From Obrimoposthia wandeli (taxonomy: Eukaryota): a stretch of 64,000 nt of DNA. The notes beneath the pieces are model-generated. The model saw only the letters and a program-made list of their open reading frames with translations, was not told the origin of the DNA and ran no database searches. Position numbers and translations under genes: made by a program. Shown piece after piece: positions 61,131 to 64,000 of the stretch. Each line of letters begins with the position of its first letter. Position 1 is the first letter of the stretch. Where the stretch lies: NCBI GenBank assembly GCA_977020255.1, contig CDROCS010000706.1, positions 744,001 to 808,000 of the forward strand, in the 5' to 3' direction.

Positions 61131-62645
61131 CTCTCGATGTGATAATTGCTGCGATATTCACTAAACCAAACACTGTGAATTTCCACGGATTTTCATTATT
61201 CTTTTGATTGCTTTATTTCTTTCACAGCATTTTTTCCACCGTTTCTCCTTTACTTAAAGACTCACTTTCATGACATTTCAAAGTCTTAATTTATTGCTTA
61301 GTTTTTTTTAATTGAATGTAATTATTTTAAAAATCTCTAATCTTCACTTAAAAGATTAATCATTTACTATTAAAAATACTTATTTTAATATTGTAAATTC
61401 ATTTTTTCTTATTCTAAGAAACTCGTATATCTGGACAGTTTATGGAAAGTATTTTTGAGTAAAATAAATTTTTCATTTTTGTTTTTGTTTTGCTTTTCTA
61501 TTTCAAACTGAAACTACTTTCTCGTGATTGTTTTTCATTGCCCTAAACAACTTCGATATAAATTATTTTCAGTCAGTATTCCAGCTTATTAATGAAATCG
61601 CTTGCAATTTTGTTTTAAAGTCAACTGAGGTTCCTTTGGTTATTGATCAATGTCAGTGTTGGGCTTAATTTAAATATTAAAAATGATTTTATATAATTAT
61701 TACAATATAATTTTTATTATTTACAACAAAACAAAAATGGTCAGGGGGCCAACTATTTTGAGATTTCATGATAAGTTTTAACAACAACAAGAAACAATAG
61801 TAAACATAGAAATAGCACAAATAAAAAATCAATCACCTGTATAACTTTTCGAAGGAGGTCCGCACGATGTCCAGTAAGAATTTTAATGACTCCATTCCCA
61901 AAAACCAGGATTTTTATACTCTTTTAAATTCCATTAGGTGCCCGGGCCTTCCTGTCGGGGCTTTTGATTTTGATTAATTTAATCTAAATGGGATTTGGTC
62001 CTTTAGATAATTTGCCCACTTAGGTTCCATCGGGTAACCCGTTAGTAGGTGTGTTTGCCTGTTAGTATTGTAAAGTTTTATGTACTTTCTTATACTATAG
62101 GACTTTCTTACCCAAAGGTGGAATTTTTTAATGAACCGTACATTTTTCAATTGGAAATAATTTATGCTTTAAAATAATGTTTTGTTCATTTATTTGCGAC
62201 TTTTAGATGTCTAGAAATTCTTCTTTAAAGTTTAATTAATTAACGTTTTAATGAACAAAATTCACATTTTTGTGGATTTTTCTTAATACGAAGGTTGAAA
62301 TACTTTCAAGCATACATGAAATAAATCGATATTTCATTCTAGTTTATGTGTAGTTCAGATTTTGATCTAAGACTTTTCTTTAAAAAGTTATTCGTAAAAA
62401 GGTGAATTTTACACAAAATTAATTAATCTTTTAAAACTATTATTTTTTATTGTGGGTCACTACATAACATTTTAATAAGTATTTTGGTATAAACATTATG
62501 CATAACTTAAGTAATTGTTATTTATTTGCTTTTAAATTTTTTTCAAGTATAGTAATTTAAATATTTGCTATTTTAATGTTTTTTTTTAATTTAACTCTAA
62601 CACCAGTATTGAATTCCTTTTTATTTGTAAGAAATCTAACTATTT

Positions 62646-64000
62646 TGTTGGGGTTTCTATATGAGACTTATATAGATCCTCTTGTGTGCAGAGGGCCCCA
62701 ACGTGAGTTCTAATAGAAGCAGGTCTTAAAGTTGGTCGTGGCCTACTTAGTGTTATGGTTGCCTGTCTCAATTGCTTATCTGAAGGTGTTTGTTTTGATG
62801 TCTCTTAATCTGAAGGGTTTAAAACAACGTTTTCTAATGTAGGAAATCGTTTATTGTTAACACACTAGACTAAACACAACAATACGTTTACGTACGTATT
62901 TTCTAAAAAGTTACAGTAAAAGTTCCTAAGACTTCTGTAAGTCTCTACACAAGTGGGGATGAACCACGTATCGGTTTTACGATTATGTTTGTTTTAGTCA
63001 CTAGAGTCTTTACTCTAAAATTAGGGATTGATTTTAGAGAGCTGTTGCTCTAAAGTTTAAGTAGCCTAAAAAGCTGAAGCTCTAAAACAGAGAATGAATT
63101 TAGGGAGCTTGTTGCTCTAAAACTGTGCTGATTCGAACTTTAGCTTCAATATTGATGTTCACTTAAGTTTAGATTCCCTTACGAGACAATAGGTATACTT
63201 TATCAAAATTCCTGAAATCCTTTTTTAAAACAATAGATTTACTATATCGAGATTAATTTCGTTTTCCAAAATTTCCGTTTACTTTATTTAGATTTCAAAA
63301 TTCAAAATATCTTACGATTTCAAAATTCAAATATCTTATTATTTCAAAAATGTCTTCACGACAACAGATTACTTTATTCAAAATATATTACGATTTCAAA
63401 ATTCCAATATCTTATTATTTCAAAATGTCTTCCCGACAACAGATTACTTTATTCAAAATATATTACGATTTCAAAATTCCAATATCTTATTATTTCAAAA
63501 TGTCTTCACGACAACAGATTACTTTATTCAAAATATATTACGATTTCAAAATTCAAATATCTTATTATTTCAAAAATGTCTTCACGACAACAGATTACTT
63601 TATTCAAAATATATTACGATTTCAAAATTCCAATATCTTATTATTTCAAAAATGTCTTCACGACAACAGATTACTTTATTCAAAATATATTACGATTTCA
63701 AAATTCCAATATCTTATTATTTCAAAAATGTCTTCACGACAACAGATTACTTTATTCAAAATATATTACGATTTCAAAATTCCAATATCTTATTATTTCA
63801 AAATGTCTTCACGACAACAGATTACTTTATTCAAAATATATTACGATTTCAAAATTCCAATATCTTATTATTTCAAAATGTCTTCACGACAACAGATTAC
63901 TTTATTCAAAATATATTACGATTTCAAAATTCCAATATCTTATTATTTCAAAAATGTCTTCACGACAACAGATTACTTTATTCAAAATATATTACGATTT
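62646..64000. mobile_element. Third copy of the LTR family, running off the window end
   Basis: TGTTGGGGTTTCTATATGA... collinear with 47329 onward for about 400 bp. Confidence 0.85.
63290..64000 (+). repeat. 75-76-bp minisatellite inside LTR copy 3
   Basis: Unit TTCAAAATATATTACGATTTCAAAATTCCAATATCTTATTATTTCAAAA(A)TGTCTTCACGACAACAGATTACTTTA. Confidence 0.95.

Overview
AT-rich invertebrate-animal genomic scaffold with spliceosomal introns (some only 37-46 nt) and N-gaps at 9637-10056, 11634-11822 and 15356-15486. Host genes reconstructed by hand: an otopetrin-like channel (3' exons, 4730-6280), a complete 6-exon COQ4 (36460-41086, minus), an atypical S1 serine protease of at least 7 exons (51276-57748, minus), a secreted PAN/Apple-like exon, a TCAF-like exon and an HSP60 pseudogene. 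The rest is mobile DNA. There are three Polinton/Maverick loci: A (1-4398; protease, conserved ORF, truncated pPolB, terminus), B (9199-15751; fold-back of two pPolB-3'/TIR ends) and C (about 24250-25396; relic). Also present are Chapaev3, Transib and hAT relics, a hAT MITE, a decayed BEL/Pao element, a Gypsy integrase relic, and three copies of one long-LTR family, each with its own minisatellite. The strongest candidates for something new are: (1) an uninterrupted two-ORF core/gag plus RT-RNase H element (19735-22212) with hepadnavirus/HEART-like RNase H motifs and no protease, integrase, recombinase or LTR, joined to a Gypsy polypurine tract; (2) a Polinton terminal region holding about 20 TGACCT/AGGTCA nuclear-receptor half-sites in DR5/IR0/ER4 geometry; (3) a 42-nt host-type intron directly after the pPolB start codon. 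All family assignments come from motif recognition by eye; no database searches were run.
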